A DNA stretch of 64,000 nt from Coniocarpon cinnabarinum (lineage: Eukaryota). The translations under genes were made by a program, and so were the position numbers. The stretch lies in NCBI GenBank assembly GCA_051942205.1, contig JAVECO010000001.1, positions 1-64,000 on the forward strand, written 5' to 3'. Each line of letters begins with the position of its first letter. The stretch's first letter is position 1. The notes beneath the pieces are model-generated. The model saw only the letters and a list, made by a program, of their open reading frames with translations. It ran no database searches and had not been told where the DNA came from. This document shows positions 23,591 to 36,091 of this stretch, piece after piece.

Positions 23591-24257
23591 GTTGTTGAAG
23601 CTCGCAACGGTGGACAGCGACAGGAGAGTATCCTTCTGATATGAATCTGAGACAACAATGAACGCAGAAGCATATGGAAGAGAGTTGAGGATCATCTAAC
23701 AACACTAGGACGTCTGATCCACGGACTAAGAGCAGTACAGATACGAGTCTGCATCCACTCTCCAACTCACATCGCTTTAGGAGATCAGAACCAATAACAT
23801 CACACAGTGCCAGCGCCAAATCGACAAGATGATTAGAGCAAAGCGAACAAGCCTATCGCCGCTACCATACCAGCGTCAGCCTTTTGCAACTACATCAGCT
23901 ATGCTTTCAATAGACAGTGAAATTAGCAAGAACAAATCGAGCAGGCGCCGAAAGATTCGTTGCATCCTCGCTGACGATTACGCTTGAGAACACACTACTT
24001 CGACTTGTCTCAAGATCAAAGCTTTTGGTTGCAATATCAGCTTCATTTCCTCTTTGTAGTATGGAGGATCACAGATCACAGTTCTACTCATCACGTGCAG
24101 TTCACTGAGCAAATTCAAGGGTTCAAGACCCTAAAGAGCTCCGACCTCCGACCGCAACCACCACCACCACCATCGCTAGACAGCTGGCCTCAGATAAGCT
24201 CCCAACCTCAGGTTCCAGCTCTTTGCACCTTCACAATCAAGCCAGCAATACATCAAA

Positions 24258-25688
24258 ATGACCGAATACGCGACCGCCGCCTACGAAAAAGCCGCAACCC
24301 TCACCCACGAAGCCCTCACAGCAGCCAAAAGCATAACCACCCCCACCGCACCCATCCGCGCAACCTTCCGCCCACTCCGCGGCCCACCACCCCTCCCCCG
24401 CTCCTCACACACTCTCAACGTGGTGCGGAACCGCGCCTACATCTTCGGCGGCGAGATCAAGCCCCGAGAACCCGTCGACAACTCAGTTCATGTCATTACG
24501 TTGCCCAGCGCGGAACTGCAAGAAGCAGACTATGTTTCTGTGCCCGCTACACCTGACGTAAAGGGGGAGCCAGTGCCTGAGGCACGAGTCGGACATGCTG
24601 CTGCAGCCGTCGAGAACGTGATTTATGTCTTTGGAGGGCGCGGTGGGGCGGATATGAAGGCTTTGGAAGAGCAGGGACGTGTCTGGACGTTTAACACGAC
24701 GACAAGGAAGTGGTCGTATTTGGATCCGACGAAGCACTCCGCTATTCCGCCCGCGCGGTCATATCATGCCATGACTTCTTGTGAACATCCGCTGCCCTCC
24801 AAGAAGCCTACCATTAATATCCTTGACCCGGCCACACCTGAGCCAGATCCTGATGATGCGGAGAACCCGGAGGACGCGAAGAAGAGCATACCTGAGCCTA
24901 TTCCTATGAATGCGCATGGTACGCTGTTTGTGCATGCTGGGTGTCTGTCCTCTGGCGATCGGACGGCCGACCTGTGGGCTTTCGACATCAGTTCCCGCAC
25001 CTGGAGCGAGATGCCTGCAGCTCCCGGTCCTGCGCGCGGCGGCACTGCCCTTCGCATGGTGAAAGATCGAATCTACCGCTATGGCGGCTTCGATGGCACT
25101 CGCGAACTTGGCGGTGCCATCGACTACCTTGACATCAAATCCAGCACGTTCCACGATAAGCTCGGCTCGGGCGAGATGGCATTACATCCTTCAACAGACG
25201 GCTGGCAGATGAACAACTTCCCCGTTGGAAGCGAGAATCATGGCGGCATGCGACACCGCAGCGTGGCGGGCATGGTTCCGGTGTCCACAGGCCAAGGCCG
25301 AAGTTACCTCCTCATCTTCGGTGGCGAGTCTTCAGCGTCCTCCGCAGGACATGCAGCGGCAGGCAAATTCTTCGATGACATGTGGAGTTTCCAATTGAGG
25401 CCGGAAGGCGGGACCGCTGCAGCGTTGCGTGATGCTACGTGGCAGTTTGTGATGCGCAAGGACACTGGCGAGGCCGAGGTGCAGGAAGTGGACTATTTTG
25501 ATGCAGAAGGAGCTAAGGTTGCAGAGGATAGTCCAAAGCCATGGGGTGCTCGTGGTTGGTTTGCCAGCGATGCTGCACAAGATGTTGGTGGTGAGTCGGG
25601 TGGAACAATCGTGATTTGGGGAGGTGTGAGTGAGAGCAATGAGAGGCTAGGTGATGGATGGGTGGTGCACATTGAGGGGCGCGAGTGA
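24258..25688 (+). CDS. Kelch-repeat beta-propeller protein
   Basis: Repeated R-x-x-H...YIFGG / YVFGG / IYRYGG / LIFGG / VIWGG Kelch blades. Confidence 0.9.
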   Translation: MTEYATAAYEKAATLTHEALTAAKSITTPTAPIRATFRPLRGPPPLPRSSHTLNVVRNRAYIFGGEIKPREPVDNSVHVITLPSAELQEADYVSVPATPDVKGEPVPEARVGHAAAAVENVIYVFGGRGGADMKALEEQGRVWTFNTTTRKWSYLDPTKHSAIPPARSYHAMTSCEHPLPSKKPTINILDPATPEPDPDDAENPEDAKKSIPEPIPMNAHGTLFVHAGCLSSGDRTADLWAFDISSRTWSEMPAAPGPARGGTALRMVKDRIYRYGGFDGTRELGGAIDYLDIKSSTFHDKLGSGEMALHPSTDGWQMNNFPVGSENHGGMRHRSVAGMVPVSTGQGRSYLLIFGGESSASSAGHAAAGKFFDDMWSFQLRPEGGTAAALRDATWQFVMRKDTGEAEVQEVDYFDAEGAKVAEDSPKPWGARGWFASDAAQDVGGESGGTIVIWGGVSESNERLGDGWVVHIEGRE

Positions 25689-25910
25689 TGTCGTCGGCTG
25701 ATGATGTGAGCGCATCCGCATAGCGCAGCAGGTGTTTTCTTGGACGGTAAAAATTGGAGCCATCTAGAGAATGGCCTTTCCTTGATTCCCGGCTTGGCCA
25801 TGGGAGAAAACCTTCTCAATGCATGGTTCTCAGCATAAAGCACTGCTCATGCTCGGCTGTGTGGTTTTTCAGAGGCATCATAATCTGCGTTACTTTTGTA
25901 TTCGTGATGT

Positions 25911-26950
25911 TCAGGCTCCTTTGCCTGCGCTTCTCGCCAGAGTGCCAACGCCCCGGCTGGAGAAGATACCCATAATACCAAAGCCTGCATAGAAGAGCGC
26001 GAGCGGGTAGGCTACAAGTCCTCTCATGCCATGCATTCGGCCCACAGCACAAAACATACCGCTCGCGCTCATGGTACACCACCCGATTGCCATAGTCGTC
26101 ACGACGTACCCGAATGCTGTATCCAGGTTGGTGAGCACGCCGATAAGACTGGTGACGACCAGCGGCAGGAGGCAGTACCCAAGCACAGAAGCCGAGCGGG
26201 AGTATGTGAGTGTGGAACTGAAGTGCGTCGAGCCAATTTGTTGATTTGATCCGGGATGCGAGGAAGACGTGGCTGCCATAGACGGATCAAGAGGCGGAGA
26301 CATGAGGGAAAGGATCATATGCAAGACTAGAGAACCCATGGCTGCAAGACCATAGATGTAGCCAAAATGGATCTTTCCCGACTTATGAATAGTCAGCCAA
26401 AACAGTCCGCTATAGCATGTTCCAATGGCGGAGCAGACATACGAACAGGAGGAAGAACCCGAAGAGCAGGCAAAATAATATTGGGCCTGCCAGGTCAGAG
26501 TCGTCCATGATGTGCTGGTCAATCCTCGAGACAGGATTTAGGACGGCGATTGTCTAGGTATTGTCAGCGTCTTTGAATCACTGATCTCACAACAGATCAA
26601 GGCCCACCCACCTTCGTCTTAATATGCCCAAAATTCACACCAAGCTCTTCTAATAGCGGTGGCTCACCATCGTAGCCTTCAGGACTGAGTGCAGCCAACC
26701 AGCCAGTTCTCAGACCTCCTTGCGTTCCCATGCTCCCACTGACACCGTATCCGCCATAGCCATTGGCCGCGCCAGAAAAGCCATATCCGCCTTGCTGCTG
26801 ACCGTAACCTTGAGCTTGGAAGGGCGTGGTGTGACCGGACACTGTACCGGAGGAGCCGTACGACGAAGGATAGAATTGAAGATTTTGTTGAGGGTTCGCA
26901 GGTTGGGCATTGGCGCCGTAGGGTGTCGTGGATTGGGGGTAGTAAGACAT
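25911..26950 (-). CDS. YIP1: Yip1-family Golgi/ER trafficking membrane protein
   Basis: EPPLLEELGVNFGHIKTK, a spliced DDSDLAGP segment, GKIHFGYIYG, ASVLGYCLLPLV and LVAYPLALFY. Contains introns. Confidence 0.93.
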
Positions 26951-27585
26951 GCTGTAGAGCTAGGGTCTGGAAGGAAGTTTGAGAAGGGCGCCTCTGACGA
27001 AGCTCCAGAAAGTCTTGCTAAGGTTGCAGCAAATCTTTCATCTTGTCAATAGCGAGCCAAGATTACATGCAGGCAGCTGTTCAACATAATACAAGCCTGG
27101 AGGAAACCTCTCCTCCGACGAATCCCAACCTCTTGGCTGCCTCAGAGAAACGCAGTATATACTCAATATCCATAACAGGCAATAAATCACCTTCTCCTTT
27201 CTGTCAGGCCACCGAGTTTTTTTATGGCAAGATCTTGGAGGTCAAGCGATGTCGTCAAATTGATGTATTATCGTGTCTCGAAGAAAGCAAGATAAGACGC
27301 TAGCTGTGAGAAAGCACTTATTTGAAGCGAACGGCACCACACACATCCTGCTCATTATGATCGAGAATGAGATACTTGGGTGCAAGACGCCTACCTTGAG
27401 GCAGTAAACCTTTGACCGCGGCTGCAAATGATGCGGCCCTTGTGCTACTTCGTCAAGCGCGAATTGGCGTATGTGTCACTTGATGCCTTGCGGGTAGCTG
27501 TGCGCTTTTCACGTTTATTGCACCTTTCAAGCAATCGTAGGCTCCTGCACTCTCATGCCTGCTTGATTAAGCGCGATACCATGAA

Positions 27586-29558
27586 ATGGCCGCGGCTTTT
27601 GGCTTCTCTGCGGGCGACATTGTTGCCACGGTGAATTTGATCAGCTCTGCTATAGACTCATTGCGAGCGCATGGTCGAGCAAGGTCCGAATTCACCGAGC
27701 TTCTATCCCAACTGTACTCCCTCGAGCAGGCTTTGGTGAAGATCAAAGAGCTCTGTGGCTCAGACCAAGACGAAGTGCAAAGCTACGCGGCAGCATTGTG
27801 CCATGCAGCAAGGCAGTGTCGAAACGCTATAGACCACTTCTGGTCCAAAGCCCGCAAATATCAGCCAGCCTTGGCATCTTCACCGTCTGATATAAGCGAA
27901 CCTTTCTCACAAACCATCAAGTCGAGATGGATGCAACTAAAATGGGAGCTTTGTCATAGGGAAGACATCAGTCGGCTGCGATCAGATTTGAATGCCCACA
28001 CGGCATCGCTTCAGCTTCTCACACAGGTTGTGCAGATGTACACACTTACTGAACCCCAAAGCCTACCCACATGACCATGCTAAGCGAAATCATAGGGCGG
28101 ATCTCAATCACAAATTTTCGCTTGCACAAGACACACAACGAGCTAGTTTGACTAGGGTAGAACATCTGACCAATGCCGTCCAAAGGTGGCTAAACCTCGA
28201 TTCTTTTATGTAACACCAATGGCTGAACTAAAGGTAAAACAGCATGGTTATGACTGTAGGAAACCAGCGGCAAGATATGGCGACTATTGCGTGAGTAAGA
28301 CCTTGGATTTACCTCAATCGTCTGAATGTCCTCACGAAACTGAATAGACATCGAGCCGCAGAGTCTTTCCAGTCAGGCATCAATTTGCAGCACAGAATAG
28401 GGGCGCTTGGACAGCAAGTGAGCACCATGTATTTCTTAATGCATCAGTCCTGGCAGCCAACAACCGCCTCATGTTTCCCACAATCCACTGAAATGAAAGC
28501 CCGAAGTCAATCACGATCTTCTTTCTACGTTAATCACGACAAAATCTAGGTGCTTCATGATCAGCCGGTGTATCTAATCGATGCAGTGGGAAGGCATATG
28601 CCAGTCCATCTTGAATTTGTCCAGTCAGCAGAGGTCTGCGGCCACAAAGGAGTTTTTGATTGACGTCTCCCACGCTCTGACCGTAGATCCAGGCTCTTGT
28701 GCATGTCCTTGCAATCAACATGAGAGGTCATGGTCACGGCGAGGATCTGGTCAAAATGGGTAGATTCGTCATGACTGATGTTCGTACCAGGCGTGACATA
28801 AACTTAAGAGGAGATCTGTATCGAGCTCTTCATCCGGGTCAACGTGTCGCTATGAGTATGACGATGAAGCTAGGAAAGGAACAAATTGTGCCAACCTGTC
28901 CGAAATGCAGCTATACCAGACTTTCGCGGGTGAGCTACGAGTTCAATTGGTATGAGCCGACTTGCACTGTGGACTCCGATTGAGCTAAAAGCATTTCAGC
29001 TTACAGTGCGGGCTGATATTTACACGTCTGACTGCTGGTCCACTGAAGAAAATATACAAAAGTTTTGTGGAAGCATATAGAGCCACGTTGAATAATTTGA
29101 CCGTCATGGGGTTCGGATCGTTTCGCGATCTACCTGACGCATCTCAATCCACATCAATGGCACACGTTGAGCCTTTTGGGAAATCCGCATCCAATGTTTC
29201 GACTGACAAGTCGATTGTCAGTCCGACACGCGACACTGGTGAGTGCGATGGACCTGAAATCAGGATTGAGTGTCGTGACATTTGCATTTCAGAACTATTC
29301 CACGCAAATGTAAATCCTGGCCTCAATGAATGTAGACCTTTCCAACGCGTACGACTGACTCCAGAACCGCAACTACTATCAATGGCTTTGATTGACGGAG
29401 AATGGGGCTCGGGAAAAGCAGCATTTGCGGACGATCCTCACATTCGCCGATTTGTACACGCAAAATTGAATACCTCTGTAGGTACTCATACTATACCAAT
29501 TATGGTGTGGGGCCAGACACGGGCCCTTAAGTGGGAGACATTAGGCAACAGCTCTTGA
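27586..29558 (+). CDS. Multi-exon protein with HeLo-like (fungal STAND-type) N-terminal domain, ubiquitin-like domain and CxxC...CxxC Zn ribbon
   Basis: N-terminus FGFSAGDIVATVNLI...ELLSQLYSLEQAL...LKWEL...LNAHTASLQLL. Downstream QPVYLIDAVGRHMPVHLEFVQSAE/ALVHVL...PGQRVAMSM...CPKC...CLQCG. Some internal splice sites are weak, so the gene may not be intact. Confidence 0.7.
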
Positions 29559-29926
29559 GCCTTGAAGCAGCAAAGTCAAAATACGGCCAGTTCGAGATGG
29601 AAATAAATGAATGAAGAGTATCATATACGACGCATTATTTGTATCGAAGAAATCTGTTTGTAATTGACCTTTCCCAGAAAACAGCCCACTCCATCCGTTG
29701 TGGATTATATCTGTCCCCCTACGAATACTTCTGATCTTGTCGCAAGACAGCTTGCAGGTGCACACGCGTGCAGGGCTGGAAACATGGTAAGCCCAGGGAA
29801 CGGTATGCTTCATGCGTTTCTGCAGGGCTTGAGGACTAACATTTCAGCCATGATGATTTCAAAGCAGGGCGTGCCAGCCTCATGTGGTTGTAATTTCCCC
29901 TTCACAGCATCGATGATTTCTGACAC

Positions 29927-30860
29927 CTATGCATCTGGAAATACAGCCCATTCCGAGATATGCCGCATAGCGTCAACATCCTTCTTCCAACCTTCCATCT
30001 TCTGATACGCGACCTGCACTGAGTCCTTCCCCAGCGGCAATCTCAAAGCTTGCGCTACACCAGCCTCACTGCCTCTACCCTGCTTACTCACCACCTCGAC
30101 AATAGCTTGCGCCCCTTTCTCAGGGTCTCCCGGCTGTTTGCCATGCCCACTCGAGATGCGTTTTGGGACTTCGTCTGCAGGTGTGCCGACGTAAGCTGAA
30201 CTGACATCTGTGCGTGACGCCGCCGCTTGGAAGTTGGTGCGGAAAGCGCCCGGCTCAATAATCAAGACGCGGATGTTGAAGGGAGCTAACTCGGCAGCTA
30301 GGGCCTCCGATACGCCTTCGACCGCGAACTTGGATGCGGCGTATTGCGTGTACCCTGGAAGGGCTCGGACGCCGGCCGTGGAGCTTATGTTGACGATGGT
30401 GCCGGACTTGCGTTGACGGAAGTGCGGGATGGCGCCTTTAGTGCAAGCTAGGAGGCCGAAGTAGTTGGTCTCCCATTCGTGTCGAATACGATCGAAGCTA
30501 GATCTCAGTCAGCATCCAAGACGAAGGAGTGGTGTGCCAGGGTAATTATCTACAGATTGGGGTTGATACTTACTCCAGCTCCTCCAGAGGACCCTTCAGT
30601 GCATACCCAGCGTTATTCACTAGCACATCTACGTTACTTTCTTTGACTGCCTTTGCAACGATGGACTCTGCGTGGGGCTGAGTAACATCCAGTTGAAGCC
30701 ACTTGGCACCGTTTTTCTCAATTTGTGGGTAGTCTGTTTGCGCTTTTGCGATGTTACGGGCTGTGCCGAGGACCTTATGGCCGGCATTGAGGGCAGCGAT
30801 TGCGAGTGATGCCCCAAAACCACTCGATGCACCTGTGATGAGCCACGTAGAGCCCATCAT
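29927..30860 (-). CDS. Short-chain dehydrogenase/reductase
   Basis: Motifs WLITGASSGFG, DVLVNNAG, YAASK and IIEPGAFRTNF. One intron at ~30498-30572. Confidence 0.93.
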
Positions 30861-31222
30861 ATAACGGATGAAACACTACGTCGTTGCAAAGACTTTTTGA
30901 CTATGCGCCTGGCTTAGCTTAGAAGACAAGAATGGCGCTCTTCTGCTCCTTAAATAATCATTTGTGCTTTTCGTTGAGCTTCTTCGTTATCGGCATGGAG
31001 ATAGGTCCGGGCCGTAGTGTTTTGGGCCGTGGCGCCTGCGCGTGGTTTAGTCCATTGACTCCGGAGTGTATAGTGCTTACTGTAGCTTGCATACTGCGGC
31101 TAATCGTGCTGATCTTTTCCCGAGGCGGCGTTTCGTATAACACTGCGCCATTGTCGAACCTTGACGGCTATCACACGGACTTTGCGGTCTCCCCGGTCAA
31201 TACGAAGCCTGTGCTGAGTCAA

Positions 31223-33463
31223 CTAGACAATGATCCCATCCAGACCCTTTGGATCAATAATAACAGGTGCATCTCCGAACTGGTCATGCCCACTCCAAGG
31301 AACCCAGACACCAACAATTCGGTACCGGTTCACAGTGCTGCTATCGCCGTTATCGTCTCTGACTGCCTCGTAAAATAAAGTCTTCTCAGGAAGTACCTGA
31401 ACCGTGCAAGGGTTTGAGTCAGGCGAAAAGTCACTATTGAAAAGACCGAGCCTGGAGACGCCCGTTTCTTGCGTCTCTGAATAGACTTGCAGTTTGTGTC
31501 GAGCTGCTAGAGCTCACTGAAGTTGTGTGCGAAAGTGAAATAGCTGAGGAACTTGCAGAAGTCAGTTTCGGATGATTCGGACCATTGATGCTGCAGAAGG
31601 TACCCTTCGATCCTTTTGAGGCAGTCACTGTGCTCTTTCGGCATGTCCTCTTTCTGGTTCACGACAGACTTGAGCCACTCGACAAATGATCTGGAAGTCA
31701 TGTGTGCTGGTACTGCCTTGCAGGGTACTATTTGCCGTAGTCCGCGCATATCACGCTTGACCGTGACCCGCAGCTTTCCGTGGATTTCGAGATACGCCGC
31801 TTGAAGGTGAGCGACGCGGCGTGATATCCAGAGCGTTTCGTCAGGGCTGCGCTCGAAAAGCGGGCCGTACACGTCATTCGCAGCTGTCACGTCGTCGTCC
31901 TCCAAGTAGAGCTGAGGCGACCAAGCGGCTGACGCATTTTTTTAACCGAATATGCCAGCCGGAGCTGTCGTGATGAGGAGCCTTCCTGGAGCCTGGAATT
32001 GACCGATTGCGTTCTGCAGTAATGGTCCCAGCTGCTTCTCCGTGATGTCCGCAGGAAACTCATAGTTCGGGCAGGAGGCCCACACAGCTCGTACATAATC
32101 AGCAGACTTAGTAGCTGAGAGCCTACCCACTCTGAGTGCGTGCAAGAAGGCTACAAAGTCTTCAGTGGCGACGCTTGTCGTTCATGGACTGAGTTTGTAG
32201 CTTTCCTTCGAGAATTGCCAAAGGTTGCTCACCTCAGCCCGAAAGCTATCAGAAGGATTGAGCCACTGCTTCCAATTGTACACGCCGGCCCTGAAGTTTG
32301 GAGACATGATTGTCTTCCGGATTCTTTGGCCCTCCTCGTCTTCGAGCGGTAAGCCATGAAGAAATTTCATGGTCTGGGCCCATTTCACGTATTCATGGAG
32401 CAGAAGTAACCCTCGACCCAACATCAAATCCTTGGCTGCTTGCTCAATCCTATCCCAATGGATCATGCTAATGGTCTTGTATACTTGCGCTCTCAGCTGC
32501 TGAGTACTTAAGACTGATCCGCCTGGTGTGGATGATATCTTTTGAACCCAGTCTTGAAAGCTAAGTCGGGAAGGAAGTGTCAAGTTCTGGATCATCTCGT
32601 CGTAGTCCCACTGCTCTGGACTCTCTTCGGCACATTCTTCGTACTTCAATGTTGGACATGTAGAAGGAGCCGAGATCCAGCGCGAAATGATCTTCGTAGA
32701 GCCAAGAAGCTCCTGTCGTGTCCAGACTCGAGCTGACCACGCCAGGAACCCCACGTTATTGATGCAGCAGACCGCCTGGTACAATTGCTTGTCCTCTCCT
32801 TTGGACAGGTCCATACCCAGATTTGCACCTGGCTCATTATGCACAATCGCTCGGTTCAAAAAGTCTTTGAAAGTGGACATCTTGTTCAAGTCGAATGCAC
32901 TTCGAAGGCTGGCCCAGCATTCGCAGAGCCCTAAGTCTGCCAGTTAGCAAATCTGGTGCCAGGTCGTACATTTCGATGCTCATGTCTACAAGCAACATAC
33001 CTCCCTGCAAAAGAACAAGAACATTGAAGTTACTAAAAATCTGAGGGATCTGTACAAGTGTCTTTCGCACGTCGCTCTCATCTTTCTGTTTGATGCTCAG
33101 CTGGTCAATCCACAGATAGGGACAGTCATAGGCATAAGTAGATTGATTACACGCTCTGTGTAATGCTTGTCTCAAATCATCAAGCTGCCAATCCTCACCT
33201 AACTCCATGGTTACTTGGTCACCGTCGGTGGAATGGCCAAGTGGCCGATGCTTTCGCCCAAATTGGCCCCATACATACGACAATGCAACGGCATTGCCTC
33301 GCTCAACGGTTACGAACGCTTCACGAATGTTGAGATGATGACCCTCGTATCCATAGGGGCAAGGTCTCTCCTCGCAGAGCGTGAAGCTGTGCACACATGC
33401 TCTGATGCCCATGATTGGTGGTGTCTCGAACCATCTCCCGCCGGGAAGTCACTACCTAGGCAT
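31223..33463 (-). pseudogene. HET-domain (heterokaryon incompatibility) gene with nonsense codons and a frameshift
   Basis: HET blocks ALSYVWG, YLWIDQLSIKQ and W..RVWTRQE; intron 32937-33000. In-frame stops TGA 32182-32184 and TAA 31942-31944, after which the frame continues. A frameshift near 31515 leads to a C-terminus ...RYRIVGVWVP...GIIV*. Confidence 0.8.
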
Positions 33464-34675
33464 GCCGAGACAATTACAGATAGGAAAGAGGGAAAAGTAA
33501 CTTCTGCTACAAGCCACGTTTCCATGTACTTAATTGAGAGTAAAGAAAAATGGAGGCTCAATTAGAACGGAGACAAGGTGATCTCATAATATACTTGCGT
33601 GGGAATTCCCTCATAACATTACTTCTCAAAGGCGCAGAAGTGTTGTCCGCTGTCTCCACCAACATTGTTTCCTGCGGGAATGAGGCGCAGCTGCTGATCG
33701 TCGTAGTGAAGATATTTTCGAACACGTGACCATATGCTTGTTGCCTCAGATCAAAGGCAAGCAATGGGACCGTCAATGACTTGATACTTTAGTTTTGTTT
33801 TCCTAATGTTCCCTAAATATTCCCAGTCCGTCTATGCTTTCTACGAAGTCAAGCTCATTCGTCGGGAAAATCATGACCTATGGCAGTGTCCAGGAGACGG
33901 GGAAATAACAATGTCTCCAGGCCGACCTTCCCCGAGAGCGTGACCGCTCACACATCGTGAGGTCTGACGGTCTGCTTGTGTTTTGCTAGGTATCGCTTTC
34001 CACTCTCACTCTATTAGCATCGAAGAAGCAGCGAAATGTACAGAAGCCTCTCTTGCGGTCTTCCAAGGTCATGCATGTGACTCACGTGATCGATCTCGCC
34101 TGTAGAATGAAAGCGCTTCCGTTGTCATCTGGGTTGTCCCAAGAAGCTGTATGGATTTGTCTTGACGAAGCAAACGATTGGCGGTCAAATGAGCCGTGAA
34201 TGGCAGTCTCAAACAGATCCCGATTGGATCAACAATGGACTGTTTGAGAGGTTGTAGGTGAAACGCCTCCTTTGTTTCAGGTTTCCATTGTGCCACAAAA
34301 CAACTCCATTGATTGTCCAGACTGGGTTAGACTGCCTTGAATTGATAACCATGCTTTTCCTTGGGTCGTAACAATGTTTCTATTTCGTTCCAAACTTTGT
34401 CATTGTCTTTGTCTCCTCTGTGTCAGCTCATAAGTCGACCTAAAATTGTACATAACAGCTGCTGGACAGAGCGAGAACACCTCATAGTGCGACTTTTGTG
34501 CAGTTTCCTTGAACTTCAGTGTTGCAATACTAATTTACAGCTTTTCTTGCTCTGAGTCTTGTACATCAATCAATCTCAATTCGATTTATACATTCCGGTC
34601 GCACCAAAGCATCTCGAAATCGAGCACGGAGCGTGGAGCATCGCTATTGCACCTCAAACTTCGAACATCAGTACG

Positions 34676-36091
34676 ATGAATCCCGGGCAGCCAGTCCAAC
34701 AGATCCCAGGTCCCCCACCGCCAGGCCAACAGCCCCAGGCCCAGCCCCGGCCCCAGGCCCAGCCCCATAATATGGCGCGACACCACCGGTTTGTCACGCG
34801 GGAGTGCACGCCGCAAGGTGTTGACGAGCGAGTATGGAATGACGTGAACCGACGCTTCTTCCTGATCAAGCGTATCGGCGGAGGCGAACAAGGTGGCGCT
34901 TACCTCGCTTTAAAAAGAAGTCTTTTTCCAAGAGGACTCCAATACTGCACGGACATCACACCGAAGCTCGTCAAGGATGTTCTTGCCAAAAGAGAAGCAG
35001 AAGTCCTCAAGCTATATTTCGAAAACGATACCTGCAACAATTTTCATGCCGAGATCTGGGTTCTGTCCAATGAACCCGTGAGCAATAATCCGCGCACGCC
35101 TTTCTTGCGCGATTACGACGATCGTCAATTGCGATGGTTTACCCAGACGTGGGCCGGAGTGAGTCTCGAAAGCATTTCAATGGAACTCGCCGTGATGAGC
35201 CCGAGGGACAGACAGCGCTTGGCCTGGGAGCTGTTGTATCAATTGGGAGAAGTGTATCACAAGCTCCGGCATGCTGATACCCGCATTCGCATTGCGCACG
35301 TTGATAACGTCATCGCCAATGTCTGTGTGAATGCGACGCAGGGTCCGGTGCCCACGACGCAGGACCCGCAGGAAGCGACAGCAGATCGGGTCAACGTGGT
35401 GGAAGCTATGTGGAATTCCGACAAAGGTCCAGTGGAAGTCACGCCAGATCTGCGGAATGCGACCAAGGAGCACTTGTTGAAGGAGAAGGGTCCATCCGTC
35501 CTTCTCGCCTCGCTCATTGACTTTGGGCGAGTGCGGACATTGTCAAAAGATCGTCTGCCACGCGAGTCCGAATCCTTGCGCTGGGAAATGGGCCTCTGGG
35601 CCATCACCATCCACTGGGTTGCCCACGGCCGTACCTATAAGGCAGCAAACGGGAAGCTCGCTGAGACCACGCCCCTGCGCGATGACACAACCGGCCGGTT
35701 CTGCACGTGCACATCATTTTCGAGGCCAAAGAGATTCCGAAAATCCCATGCAGAACGATTTGCGGAATGGCAGAGTGAACATGATCAAGATCTCACGGAT
35801 CTGCTCGAACGCATATGCTGTTGGCAAGATCCTGAGCAGCTCGATGATACAGAGGTTCGGAAGCTTCTCCGGACACGCAAATACCGCCCAAAGTTCGACA
35901 ACAAGCCGTATGATGTTCCTCCCGAGATCTCGAAGAAACTGCGGGAATCGAAGATGTCCGTACAAGAGATTGTGAGTAGTCTGGTGGACAATTACTTTCC
36001 GGAGGGCAGGGCCCAGTCCTTGTACGCGCGGAAGCGCAAGTACGGTGATGATGACGAGGGGCCGAATCGGAAAAGGCTCAGGAGTCGCTGA
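34676..36091 (+). CDS. Atypical / lineage-specific protein kinase-like protein with C-terminal NLS-like tail
   Basis: Gly-rich loop IGGGEQG, Lys in EVLK, helix-C Glu in FHAE, catalytic loop HVDNVIAN and DFG. P/Q-rich N-terminus; tail RKRK...RKRLRSR. Confidence 0.7.
   Translation: MNPGQPVQQIPGPPPPGQQPQAQPRPQAQPHNMARHHRFVTRECTPQGVDERVWNDVNRRFFLIKRIGGGEQGGAYLALKRSLFPRGLQYCTDITPKLVKDVLAKREAEVLKLYFENDTCNNFHAEIWVLSNEPVSNNPRTPFLRDYDDRQLRWFTQTWAGVSLESISMELAVMSPRDRQRLAWELLYQLGEVYHKLRHADTRIRIAHVDNVIANVCVNATQGPVPTTQDPQEATADRVNVVEAMWNSDKGPVEVTPDLRNATKEHLLKEKGPSVLLASLIDFGRVRTLSKDRLPRESESLRWEMGLWAITIHWVAHGRTYKAANGKLAETTPLRDDTTGRFCTCTSFSRPKRFRKSHAERFAEWQSEHDQDLTDLLERICCWQDPEQLDDTEVRKLLRTRKYRPKFDNKPYDVPPEISKKLRESKMSVQEIVSSLVDNYFPEGRAQSLYARKRKYGDDDEGPNRKRLRSR

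Noticed and set aside
33558..33776. Fragment PLLAFDLRQQAYGHVF resembling an F-box-like N-terminus
   Set aside because: Too short and non-ATG-initiated to call as a feature. Noted only as weak support for gene decay in the island.
34328..34342. 15-nt exact match TAGACTGCCTTGAAT with 1725-1739
   Set aside because: One or two 15-mer matches are expected by chance in 64 kb, and there is no flanking similarity.
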